Origin: Callorhinchus milii
Taxonomy: Eukaryota
Direction: 5' to 3'
Length of the DNA: 64,000 nucleotides
Assembly: GCF_018977255.1 (NCBI RefSeq)
Contig: NW_024704742.1
Span: 21,330,001-21,394,000 of the forward strand
The notes beneath the pieces are model-generated. The model saw only the letters and a program-made list of their open reading frames with translations. It had not been told where the DNA came from and made no database searches. Positions 24,869 through 36,585 of the stretch are shown one piece after another. Every line of letters begins with the position of its first letter. Positions within the stretch are counted from its first letter, which is position 1. Made by a program: the position numbers and the translations under genes.

Positions 24869-25105
24869 TAATAACAATAATAATCCTTACATTTGATATA
24901 GCGCTTTTCACATCGGGAGGACGTCCAAAAGTGCTTCACAGAACACACTGTAAAGTGAATTGACTGTATATTTGTGGGCGATCGCGGCAGCCAATTGCGC
25001 ACAGCAATGTCCCACAAACAGTCGTAGATTGAAAATGACCAATTTATTATTGTTTTTGTTTTTGGAGGGATTATTATTAGGCTCTGTGTGGAGTAAGGAA
25101 ACTTG
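24869..25105 (-). mobile_element. Young 5'-truncated SINE nested antisense within an older DeuSINE (about 24750-25240, +)
   Basis: Near-identical to the 2429 copy. The flanks on both sides continue a plus-strand Deu domain and tail. Confidence 0.85.
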
Positions 25106-26132
25106 ATAGTTTGTGTGACATTGCTGGTACAAATTGGCTGTTACATTAGCCTACAAATTCAATCACCTCACATTACAAAAACTGTGAAGCACTTTACGGC
25201 ATTTCAAAGTTGTATCAAATTGCAAGGATTATTATTACTCAATGTTAAAATATTATGTTAAAAATTATTACTCAATATTAAAAGAAATTAATCTTGTACA
25301 TCTAACAGTACCTCCGCTGTGAACAGCTTCAAACATCGAGCCTTATCACGAGACATTTATCATTCTTAGCCATTGTTTTTAAAGTTACGCTATTGCCTGT
25401 TCTAGTGATCTCCTGCTAAAAGATTGAAGTACATTCTTCTCCCCTGACATAGTCCCAAGAATAAGCCAAAGGGCAGGGCAGTGAGGGCTAACCTCTGCCA
25501 AAGCACAACATGCCAACAGTCAACAGCAACAAAGCATTGTGGCTTTAGGGCAGATCGCTCAGAACTAAGTCTCGGAGCAAACACAAATCAAACAGTTACG
25601 TTTCAACATGCCTCTTGTCACAACTGCCGATCGTGCATATGCAAGTGTCAGAAGCATAGATTTCATCTGGAAAAGAACTGTTCTCTTCACGATGATTAGA
25701 CTTAAAGTGCTCTTCCTGCACCCAGGTCTTCAGGTTTAAAGATTCTGTGTCACTTGGGATCTCGAGCCCAAGATTAATTTTATACCAGAGAGAAAAGGAT
25801 GAAAATTTCAGATGAAGTTTTCACAGAAACATGAGGGTCCCAAACTTGAGTTTGAGTTCAATCTGAATTCATGGAACTCACAGAGTCAAGAGACCTAAGA
25901 TTCACCCAGCCTGCCTGATATTTAAGATTACACAGAATTGTAGAATATTCTGCAAAACAATGATAATTTGGAAACCGGTTCTTTTGAAGAACTGAGAAAG
26001 AACGGCTTCCAAATTAAAGGCTAAATTTAAGAATTTTCTTTAAGACAAAATGATCTTTAAGGCTAACACTAAGTGGAATGTTATGCCAATGTTTCCAGCC
26101 CAGAAGGAGGCCATTCATCAGATGGTGTCTGT

Positions 26133-26725
26133 ACACAGGCCGCCGAAACCCTCATACACGCCTTCACTACATCGAGGCTCGACTATGCAAACTCACTGCT
26201 TGTCGGCCTTCCCAACTCCTCCCTCCACAGGCTGCAGATCATCCAGAACTCTGCAGCCCATATCCTCACCAAATTCCATGACCCTATCACCCCCATCCTC
26301 ACCCAACTCCACTGGCTTCCCATCACACAGAGGATACAGTTCAAGATCCTGGTCCTCACCTTCAAAGTCCTCCATGGTCTTGCTCCCACCTACCTCTCCA
26401 ACCTCCTAAACCCCTTACCACTCTGTTCGCTCCCTTCGCGCAGCGGGCTCCAGCCTTGCTCGCCCCACTATCGGTGGGCGGGCCTTCCGCCACTTTGCAC
26501 CCACCCTCTGGAACTCCATCCCGCAGTCCCTCCGTCTCGCCCCCTTCAAGACTCACCTCAAGACCCTCCTCTTCGGCCATGCTTTCGATTTCCCTGCTTC
26601 CCCCCCTGCCCTCCACCCTCCCCCACCCCGACCCTCAGCTCGGGTCCATCTGTCCAGCGCCTTGGGACATCCTCCCGACATGAAAGGCGCTATACAAATG
26701 TAATTTTGCTGTTGGTGGTGGTGGT
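26133..26725 (+). mobile_element. L2-clade LINE 3' fragment
   Basis: Encodes AETLIHAFTTSRLDYANSLLVGLP...LQIIQNSAA...LHWLPI..RIQFKIL (L2 ORF2 C-terminus). Has a C-rich 3' UTR, a terminal stem-loop and a (GTT/GGT)n tail. Confidence 0.92.
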
Positions 26726-27161
26726 GCTAGAGTTGAACCCCATTATGCTACACAAAATCTTAACTATAATGAGGCGCGATAGCAGATTTGACTGTAAATA
26801 TATATCTAATCATTCCAGAGGTCATCAAAAACCAGACACATTGAGCAAGCCACTGGGTGCATGTGCAGTAAAAGGGAACCACAAGATAACTGCATGATAA
26901 ACAAGCTGATGCTATAGTGAAGTGCATTATAACAGGGCGACATTGTAGCTTTCCCCACTGGATAATGCACTCTAATCCCATTCCCCTCGGTGCGTGGATG
27001 GATGTTTGTGATACAATAACATTGCCATGTTTGATTCATCCATTTGATTCAGATTACCTCGTATATGTATAAAAAATGAATAGAATATTTCATCAAAAAA
27101 AATCAGGAAAAGGACAAAGATCCCAAGTCAACATCAAACTCACCGCCAACTAATTACTTAC

Positions 27162-27413
27162 CATCATCTGCGTCAGGAAGAATGAGCACGCGAGCAGTGG
27201 GGTAGTGATTGCCAATCTGACCGCCCATGGGCATGCTCAGTGTGATGTTGAAACTCTCTTCTTCTTCATAAAGAGAATCATCGATGACAACGACACGACA
27301 GAACTTCTCCATCTCGTCCTTGTCGAACCGAATTACACTGGTGTGATCCTCTGGGCGGGTGATATAGTCAGAATAGGACAGGACGGAAGATGGAATTGTG
27401 CCACTTGCGCTAC
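27162..27413 (-). CDS. FREM3: FREM3/FREM2 exon (exon 6 equivalent), 252 bp, Calx-beta 2
   Basis: atcAG|GT AGC GCA...GAT GAT G|GTaagt gives (G)[83 protein letters not shown](E). Contains the acidic Ca-binding DDSLYE motif (Glu codon at 27265-27267). Confidence 0.95.
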
Positions 27414-27617
27414 CTGATAAAAAAAAGGGAGAAAGACATTGTATCTATGTAAGTTAGCACAAAGAAATAGATGTACAGACTGAACCATTGCTTTTTCTTT
27501 CTGTGTTCAGCTTCCCCGACTGCCATTACTCTCTTTCACCCTCTCTTCGTGCCATTGCTATCCTCCCCTCTCTCTGTCCTCTCCTTCGTCTCCTCTCCTT
27601 CAGTGCAATGTGTTAAG

Positions 27618-28035
27618 TCAGCATGGCTCAGTTCTCAGTTGGTATTACTCCTGCATCTGAGTCAGAAGGTTGTGTGCTCAAGGCCCCACATCGGAACTTT
27701 GAACTCATGTAGTCGAGGCTGATCTCGAATACAGTATTGGGGGTCTGCTGCATTGTCGGAGGTGCCATCCTTCAGGTGTCTGCCTGTTCAGGTGGACGTT
27801 AAAGATCTCATGGCACTATTCAGAAAGAGCAGGTAGATTTTCCCGGTGTCATGGCCAACAATCCCCCTGATAAAATTGATCATTCAGTTTGTGGGTCGTT
27901 GACACAACAGTACAAATTGGCTGCCACGTTTGCCTATAAAATAGTCACTACATTTTACAGAATATCCCGTGAAACGCTTTGTGATGTCCTCCTAACGTGA
28001 TCGGCATTATATCAAGTGTGAGGATTATTATTACT
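27618..28035 (+). mobile_element. Older full-length DeuSINE (SacSINE1/AmnSINE1-like body)
   Basis: Different tRNA-like head (gtcagcatggctcag...ctgagtcagaaggttgtg), a long Deu-like body (gctgcattgtcggaggtgccatccttc...gttcaggtggacgttaaagatc...tggcactattc) and the same tail. Related relics lie at about 1298-1640(-), 3325-3620(-), 6975-7190(-), 15000-15360(-), 57035-57310(+), 60170-60310(-), 61398-61768(+) and 62148-62430(-). Confidence 0.75.
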
Positions 28036-30544
28036 GTTGCTTTTAGGTAATGTTATGTAATTAGAAACCTACCAAACTTAATTCAAGCTTTCACCACAGT
28101 GGTGAGATTTTAGTTTGGAGCTCAACTTCAAATGCTGTTTGCTTATATAAGTTTGCTTCCATTTTAGCTGTAAGGTTATCTATTGTACAGATTTTATCTA
28201 ATGTGTTTAACTTTTTTTCTAAAAAAAATAATCTGGTTTACAATAAAGTTTTTTTTTAATTGGCAGCAGATATGTTCAATAATCCATCTTCAATCCCTTC
28301 TTATTGATAAACAACTTGTCCTGAAAATTTCACACCCTCTGTCCTTAGACAACATGAAATACCAGTATCCATTATGACTGATAGATCCTTTGTTGTTGTA
28401 ACACAGGACCACAGAATATCGCTCCTATCACTGTAATCTGGGAATAAACACTGAAATCGTATTGGGCTATATTTCTGGTGCAGATTCAGAAATGCTAGTG
28501 CAGTCCTGAAAGAGTTAAGTTAATGAATTCTGCCTTTCGGTTTGTTTTACTACATGTGGTGGTCCTTTTACAAAATAATAGTATGTCTTCAATAGACCAC
28601 CCTGGGGCATGCGAGGGTCAAGCAAACCTGATGTGGTAGGTTTAGAGCAGCTTCCTTTGATGTGCTTGGACAGGATAACAAAGAAAAATTGTTGTTTGCA
28701 GGCCACTGCATGAATAATTTATAAACTACCTGTGTTAGAGGTTGGAAAGGCTGTAACTGTTGAACTTTTAGATGCAATCTTTTTTCTCTCAGTTAAAATG
28801 ATAATACATTATTCCAGGAACAATCTAAATTTACTGTCTGTTACCATATTGGGGTGAAAAATGTGACCTAACCAAAACACATTCACTGCATTTCACAGCA
28901 AACTTGCTAGAGTATATAAAAGAGAAGGCACTAAACATATATAATGCAAGGACTGTTATTACAATTGTCATTTTCCAATCTTATTATCGTATATATGTTA
29001 GAAAAACCCCAAAAGAAAATGATCATTTGTCAGGTTTTAAATTGGACAGTTCTTAAAGAATGTTTGATCCAGTGCCATCTTAACACCTTCAACATTTAAC
29101 ATGTAAGAATATGTATATAAAATATGTTTTGTTAAAGGAAAACTAAGGAACTCACTGTCTTTTTGTGAATGTGTTCAGAAAAGTGCGCTGCTTTCTATTG
29201 CTGCGCTCCACTCTGGACAGGGGAGCATACAATACATCGGAGTATAGATCGATTCGCTTGACATTGGGGGGAAACAAATTATAAGCTCTTGAGAGATAAA
29301 AACAAAGCAAAAAAAGTGAATCTAAGAAAGATCAGCCGTGAATGTGAAATGGATGGAGCAAAGGGGGAGGTCAATGGGCCTGACCCTGATCTGCAAGAAA
29401 CAGACCTTCAGAGATTTTCCGTGACCCGCAACATTTAGATATAAAGAGAAACAAATACCTGGTCTGTGCACTCCATGCTCTCTGATGACAACTAGGATGA
29501 ACTATGGAATTTGTCATTTTCTAAAGAGCCCTGCTAGCTGATGAAGCTATCTCACAGGGACAAACAGGAAGGGAGGCAATTTGCACAGATGAAAGCTAAA
29601 AGCAATTTTATTTGGGCCAGAGGGAGTGGTAATTTTTAACTGTAAAACCACCAATGGAAAGTTTATTTCTAATTGTATGTTACTGAAGCATTACTAAACT
29701 CAAAATTTCAGCATCAATAGATTGATCTTCAATAGCAAAGTGGTTCTTAAAATGTAATGTGTCCTGTGCCCTTGGTGTAATGCAAAGAAAAGCAAGTTTA
29801 ATTTAATTTGCAAATAATCTTCATTAACTCTGTTCTCTTTATCAAACATCTCTTCCCATGGCTTTGTCACTTTAATTTATTAATGGAAACATTTCTATCT
29901 GCACCAGACATCTTCCATGTTCTCGCTCTCTGGACACATCCCTTTTTGCTGTGACTTAATAGAATCAAACATCAAAGAGCACCAAATTAATAGTTTTTTC
30001 TAATGGGAATAGTGCCTTAAGGCACAGGACATTTTTTGCTTGCAAGGAACTTTATGAATGCATGCTACTCTTTCCATAATTTAATACAATGCTAAAGTAT
30101 CCCATTCTCAATAAAGATGAACTTTTGTAGCTTCCCTGATGGACCAGTGGGTAATGTCACCAACAGCAGTACATTACTGGACTCTAGGTTGAAAGTTACA
30201 TAATCTCTGGTAGAGTAACAATTGGAACTCTACAATGAGCTTCAGCCCATCGGTTCTTGGATATCCTTTCAAGCAGAGATCTAGTGAACCCAACATATTT
30301 TTCCTTTCTCTCTCTGGTTCCTTTACCTGGTTTCCTTTAAACTTGCATATAATTCATACATTGTTCATTTATTTTTAAATTCATAGATCTGAAACTTGAC
30401 CTTTTCTTCCTGCCAAAGCATCCCTTTGTTAGTAAAGACTATCTTTGTATCTTCCCTGATGGGCAAGTGGGTAAAATCATCACCCGAATTCAGCACTAAT
30501 CCACACAGATTGGCTAGTGCAGTATGTGTGCCCTATCGGCTCAC

Positions 30545-30670
30545 CTTGCTGGGTAAAGCAGATAACCATGAGCTCCTGATTAACATCGCCAGACCTCCAA
30601 ACAGGAATGAGGACCTCCCCAGTATCCTCCTCAATCCGATACTCTGACTGAGGAATGTAAACAGTCGATT
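30545..30670 (-). CDS. FREM3: FREM3/FREM2 exon (exon 5 equivalent), 126 bp
   Basis: aacAG|AA TCG ACT...CAG CAA G|GTgagc gives (E)[41 protein letters not shown](G). Not in the ORF track; read manually. Confidence 0.95.
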
Positions 30671-30876
30671 CTGTTCAAAGGAAAAAAATGAGGATCAAAT
30701 GATTGAACGGTACAAATGTTTCCTAATCGGTGTAAACTTTAAATATCAGAGTGAAATGTTAGAATGGAGAACGTGAGTGTTGGGGGTGAATGTCGGGTGA
30801 GGATAGAATTGGTCTTGGTTGTGATACCTTTCAGGATCAGATAATCCTCCTACATTATGCTCTTATTTGCGGAGTT

Positions 30877-31196
30877 GTGGAGTCCTGTAGCTCAGTGGTT
30901 AGAGCACTCGCTGTGCAAGTGAGAGACCTGAGTTCAATTCCAGGCATGGCGAAACCTTGGGCAAGTTTCCTTACTCCACACACCTAATAATAATCCCTCC
31001 AAACCCAAAAACAATAATAAATTGATCATATTCAATCTACGACTGTTTGTGGGACATTGCAGTGCACAATTGGCTGCCGCGTTCGCCCACAAATATACAG
31101 TCAATTCACTTTACAGTGTGTTCTGTGAAGCGCTTTGGGACGTCCTCCCGACGTGAAAAGCACTATATCAAATGCAAGGATTATTATTATTATTAT
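30877..31196 (+). mobile_element. Full-length composite SINE (short subfamily)
   Basis: gtggagtcctgtagctcagtggttagagcactcgc...gcaaggattattattattattat. Confidence 0.92.
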
Positions 31197-32893
31197 CTAT
31201 CTAGATTCACTCATGAAGAATGGCAATTTTTGCTCGGTAGTGAATGGTGTGCTGTCCTTGTAGTGTTACTGCTCGAGTCCAAATCCCCGCCTGTCCAGCG
31301 CTTTGGGACGTCTGGTAGATGTGAAAGGCGCTGTACAAATGTAATTTTGTATTGTACTGCAAAGAGTCAGCACCTTCACCAAAGCACGGCATAAACGGGA
31401 GGAACAAATAAGGGTAAAAGATGGCATTCGGAAAAAGATACTTGTGGAACACGGATGAAATTGGGAAATTTGTGGCACAATTTGATAAAAGAAATTCGGA
31501 AGAATCCTGATCCCTTAGCTTACCTCGTCGACAGCAATTTATTTTAAATGTTCTGCGACACTACCCTACGCGAAGGGTGCTATATAAATGCAAGTTGTTG
31601 CTTTCCATTCACTGACTGAGCTTTTCCGGCTTCTCTTGGCTGAGAAACAGGCAGATAGCAAAAGCCTGACCATGATTGCAAAATTTTGCTGACTTGCAGT
31701 TTGTCAATACAGCATTTAGAACCCTGCTGTAACTTTATGTAACATTATGTCTGTTCAGCAGTACCGTCCTTGGGGATATTTTTCTGTCACAGGCACAATC
31801 ACAAGTTAGAACAAATTGTTTGCAGGATTCTAATATTTCAGTAACCAAGTCAACCTTCATTTTGAGATTCCCCCTCTCCCCTCTCCCCCTCTTTCTATTA
31901 CTGACATAAAACTAACAGACGCCATCTATTGATGTTCTATATGAAACAGCCTTTCATGGTAACTTTGCTCCTGGTGTGAGGAGGATGAGAAAGGCACTCC
32001 AGCTCGGTGAGATAGGAAATGAAGCACAGTGGTGTAACATCAGTTCTTAGCTCCATCACACTGAGACTTCACTGAATGGCCATTCACTGACCTCCTCGGC
32101 ATTAAAATGCCTGCAGGGCAGCTTTCCCATTGTAGAAAAGTTTGCAGATGATGGTAACTTTCTGGATTATGCAGAGAATAACCGACTGCTGGGAGTGACT
32201 AAAAGGCTGCAATAACTCCAATAAAGGTATTATTCGAGAGGTTCAGATTATAATTTAAATTATTATAACAAAGCTTAAGTGTTTTTAAAAAGTTCCAGAG
32301 CATTGGAACTTTAATAGCATTGACTGCACATTGTCTGTTCATTTTATGGAGGAGGGGGCTGTGTTATTGCATTTTGTTGTGTTGTTGTGTGCTAAAGGTG
32401 GAGGGTATCTGTCAAGTGCTCTGGGACTTTATCGTGTGTGAAGGGCGCTATATAAATGCAAGTTTTTTTTATATAAAGAGTCTTCCAGTTGTGCATAAAG
32501 AGGAATTCTTTTGTTCCGGATGCTCACAAAGTCCTGTAACCCCCCCCCCCCCTGTTTTTTCCTCACAACGAATGTTTATTTTGTGCTGCAGGTGAGTCGA
32601 GTGTAACAATGTCCGGTTCCAGTGACTTCCTCGTCACTCCATCCATGTTACAGAAGATGTCACACCGAACATTGCGACAGGTTATTTATTACCTGCCATG
32701 AAAATGATGACGCTCACACTGATTCTCTGGACATCTAAATACAGTTAAACACTTGTACTGCATATAATTAGGTACTTCTAAATTCAATTGTCAACATTCT
32801 TCCACATGTTTCAGTTGTTGGAGTAATAGGACTTTGTAAACACCCTATTGTCTGTATCAGATCTGATGCGCCTGCAATCCGCACGGAACTCAC

Positions 32894-33124
32894 CGTCACC
32901 AGGATCAACAATCTCAACGGTGGCCGTTTCGGGGAACTCCAGAGCAGCCATGACGGGGTCGGAGAGAACAATCTGGAACGTCTCTGAACTCTCATACTGC
33001 TTGTCAGTGAGGATTTTTACTCTCCAGGTAGCAGTGGACTGGCCTGGGTTAAACTGAACCTGCTTCTGGGACCTCCCTTTGAAGTCTTTATCCTTTTCAG
33101 CAGTACCGTCCTTGGTGCCAATAC
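32894..33124 (-). CDS. FREM3: FREM3/FREM2 exon (exon 4 equivalent), 231 bp
   Basis: tccAG|GT ATT GGC...GGT GAC G|GTgagt gives (G)[76 protein letters not shown](E). Confidence 0.95.
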
Positions 33125-33789
33125 CTGGAGGAAGGAAGTGAAAGAAGCGTCATCTGCAGTCTACTCTCTTCCCTGAAAATAATTAATTAACTACCCACTC
33201 TAGGGCTGTTTTTTGGGACACTGCTGTGCGCAACTGGCTGCCATGTTTCGTCCACAAAATACACAGTCAATTCATTTTACAGTGTATCCTGTGAAGCGCT
33301 TTGAGACATCTCAACGACGTGATAAGGCGCTATATCAAATGCAAGGATTATTACAATGGTTATGGTTAAAGTACTAGCCTGTAACTTGTCACTTCAATGG
33401 CAGAAAGCTGCACTCTAAGGAGTCATAGATTTCAGGCTAGCTTTGAGGTTTTCTAGGCCAGGTTACTTGAAGGACGCCTGGCAGGGAGTTCATCATGAAA
33501 GAGACTAGGAAGTGTAACTGATCAGCATGGTCTCTGTCAGCGTGAATGAAGTTATAGTGGAAAAATGTGCACCCCCAAACCATCCTTCTGTCTGGAAGGA
33601 AGGATGGCCGCAAAGAGATGGAAAGACATCAACCTAAAATAAGCACTACAACAGACTAACACTGCACGCTGCACCAATACAAGATTCCAGCTCTGTTCAG
33701 TACTGTGGTTTTAAGTCAGTAATTACTTAAGCACCCTGAGCAGCTCCACCCTGAAAATGTTCCTGCACCCAGCCCTCACATTCCACTAC

Positions 33790-34872
33790 TTCCACTCTGT
33801 TCTTCTCTCCCACCACCTGCCTCACCTTCTCTTTATCCTGGACCCCACCATCACCTCGTCATCACACATGGTCTTTACATTTCCAACCGATCAATCACAT
33901 ACAAGGCCATCTCAGACCACTTCTTCAACTGCCTCTCCTCCCACATCCCCCTCCCCTCTTCCAAACCCTCCACCATCTTTTTCCGCCACTGGAAAAAGCT
34001 TCCCCGAGTCCTCTCTTCCTCGGACTTCCTCTCCCTCTGGCCCTCCACGATCCTGATGCACCTATCAAGCTGCTGAATGACCGTCTCTCCACAACCTTCA
34101 ATTCCCTGGCTCCCTTGAAATGCAGGGTTGTTTCCAATCCCACCTGCTCCCCCTGATACAACAGTGATCTCCGCTCACTCAAAACACAAACCCGGATGCT
34201 CGAGCGCAGGTGGCAGAAATTTGGCCTCACGATTCACCGTCATCTGTGGCTCGAGCACTTCCGCACCTCTCCCTTTCACAGGCCAAAAATGACTTTTACT
34301 CCAAAGACATCCTGGAGGCAAACAACAATCCAAAGATGCTGTTTTCCACTGTACATCACCTCCTTCTCACTTCTCACCGGTCTCCCCAACTCCACCCTTC
34401 ACAAGATGCAGCTCATTCAAAATTCTACTGTCCACACACTGACCTGAACCCACATCTCAACAGTTCTGGCCAGACTCCACTGGCTCCCCATCACCGAACG
34501 GAATGACTTCAAGATCCTCACTCTTGTGTTCAAATTCATTCATTCCCTGGCACCTCCCTACCTCTCTGACCTCCTCACTCCCCAATCTACCACCCGGCAC
34601 CTCCGCTCGACTGGCACAGGCCTCCTGCTCGGCCCTCGCACCCTCCGCCCCACCATTGGAAGTCGTCCTTTCAACCATTATGCCCCAAAACTCTGGAACA
34701 CTCTCCCTCAATCCCGCCGCCTTGCCCGCTCTCTCCCCTCTTTGAAGTTCCATCTGAAAACTTTCCTGTTCAACAGTGCTTACGGCCACCTCCCCTCGGC
34801 TCTGCCACTGTTAAGTGCTCTGAGATGCTATCCTGCATGGAGGGTGCTGTATAAGTGCAAGTTGTTGTCATT
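33790..34872 (+). mobile_element. Degenerate L2 LINE, internally deleted
   Basis: End of the APE domain (ISDH-like atctcagaccac) and the linker (LERRW) are joined near 34370 directly to the ORF2 C-terminus (LHKMQLIQNS, ctccactggctcccc = LHWLP, APKLWN.LP) and tail. Confidence 0.8.
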
Positions 34873-35723
34873 GTAAACTAATTCTCCAGCCAATAACTTT
34901 TATTAATATGTCAATATGATTCCAAAGCAACTTCTCAGAACTCAGCCACCATATCACTCTCCTTCATAAGAGAAAAATAATCAGAGCTGCAGACAAAGTA
35001 ACAGGTTCCTGAATAATCTGATTTTGGATATAGAGAAAGAGATATGGAAACAGAGATATTGAGATAGAGATAGAGGCAGAGATATTAAAATAGAAATATT
35101 GAGATTTGAAGACAATGGAACGACAGAAATGAAGATAGGTAGATAGACATATAGTGATGTGCATATAAATGTGGTAGGATATACCTGTAGTTAGATTCCA
35201 ATCCGCAAAGAAACTCAATGGATAATGGTATAAATATAAACCATTCTATATTCTACCTTTCATACTATAGGGTGAATATTGTGAGGTTATAATTGCTATA
35301 TCTCAGATCACAGTTTCCACTTCTATAATTCCATGTTGTTTGTTTTCCTCAGTTCTGAGAAGCCCCAGAATGAAACATGTTACAAAATAAATAGTGCTTC
35401 ACCCAGGACCTTGCTGCTGTGTTTTCTCTGGGGAATGGTTGTGAAATGCAGTTACATTTATCATTGTGTAAAAAGGGGATCAGGATGGCTTATTGTGCAG
35501 TTCACAGTAGGAACGCAACGTCTATTGAATGGTCTTTAAAGTACAATTCATACCTGCCACTGAATTACAGTTCTACCCAGACATTAAGGTATGGTCTGGA
35601 GCAGTCTGTTAGCAAACAACCTATAAAACCTCCCGACAATGATTCTGAGAAAAATAACAGCACAAAGCATATGGGAAATTTCCATTTTTGCGCAAGATTT
35701 AACTGGATCTCTGGGGAACTTAC

Positions 35724-35870
35724 CAACAAAGGATGTTTCTCCCAAGTATCCCCTTCGCTTCAGTGTCACCTCCAGGAATTTGGAGTCCTCATCCACAAGA
35801 TAATATTCCTTCTCCAGGGCAATCCAAGCCCAGTTCAGACGGAATGGCTGGCTCTTCAGCTTATTTCTTC
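35724..35870 (-). CDS. FREM3: FREM3/FREM2 exon (exon 3 equivalent), 147 bp
   Basis: tgtAG|GA AGA AAT...TTT GTT G|GTaagt gives (G)[48 protein letters not shown](G), the start of Calx-beta 1. Confidence 0.95.
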
Positions 35871-36269
35871 CTACATGTCATGGTTTAGAAGAGAAAAACA
35901 GACAGATGCACTTTAGGTGATCTAATCGTTTAGGAGCAACAGAATAGAATATCTCACCACCTTTAACCAACAGTATAGATTATATCTACAAGTGGTATCA
36001 TAGCCTCCTGCAGTGCATCAACATTTTTATACAACTGACCCAACATTTGTAAAATACTCAGGGTGGTTCCCCTACACCCATATTTTGAATTGGATGTTAC
36101 ATTAATGTCCCGTCCACCTGGTTTCAGATGAATTTAAAAGATCCGATGACATTTACACAGTACAGAAATGGAATTAAAACAATAGATTATCATGAGATGG
36201 AAGAGATCCAATAATTATAAAACTCAAGTTGTCCCGAACAAAGCAGCATTCCAGCTTGTCAAGTTATAT

Positions 36270-36585
36270 GTGGAGTCTTGTAGCTCAGTGGTTAGAGCAC
36301 TCGCTTTGCAAGAGAGAGACCTGAGTTTCATTCCCGGCAGGATGAAACCTTGGGCAAGTTTCCTTACTCCACACGCCTGATAATAATCCCTCAAAAACAA
36401 AAACAATAATAAATTGGTCATTTCAATCCACGACTATTTGTGGGACACTGCTGTGTACAATTGGCTGCTGCATTTCGCCTACAAATATACAGTCAATTCG
36501 CTTTATAGTCTATCCTGTGAAGCGCTTTGAGACGTCTAGAAGACATGAAAAGCGCTATATCAAATGCAAGGATTAGTATTACTAT
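36270..36585 (+). mobile_element. Full-length composite SINE (short subfamily)
   Basis: Same head, body and tail as the 30877 copy; stem-loop loop is TAGAA. Confidence 0.9.

Noticed and set aside
26073..26897. Longest ORF (274 aa) as a nested antisense gene
   Set aside because: It is an L2 ORF2 C-terminal fragment read through into the C-rich UTR and flank.
30597..30599. Trp in PVWRSGD where I recall Arg in the human paralogs
   Set aside because: The equivalent position in the next Calx-beta repeat is also Trp (VWRTG), so it is probably tolerated.
30877..30950. tRNA-Ala genes (also at 2675-2745, 36270, 39489, 46225-46298, 55931)
   Set aside because: These are SINE heads. The acceptor stem does not pair, and each continues into the SINE body.
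31047..31394. Recurrent small ORFs (MWDIAV.NWLPRSPT...KDYYYY; also 56099, 2465, 24908, 39653)
   Set aside because: These are translations of SINE copies, not a gene family.
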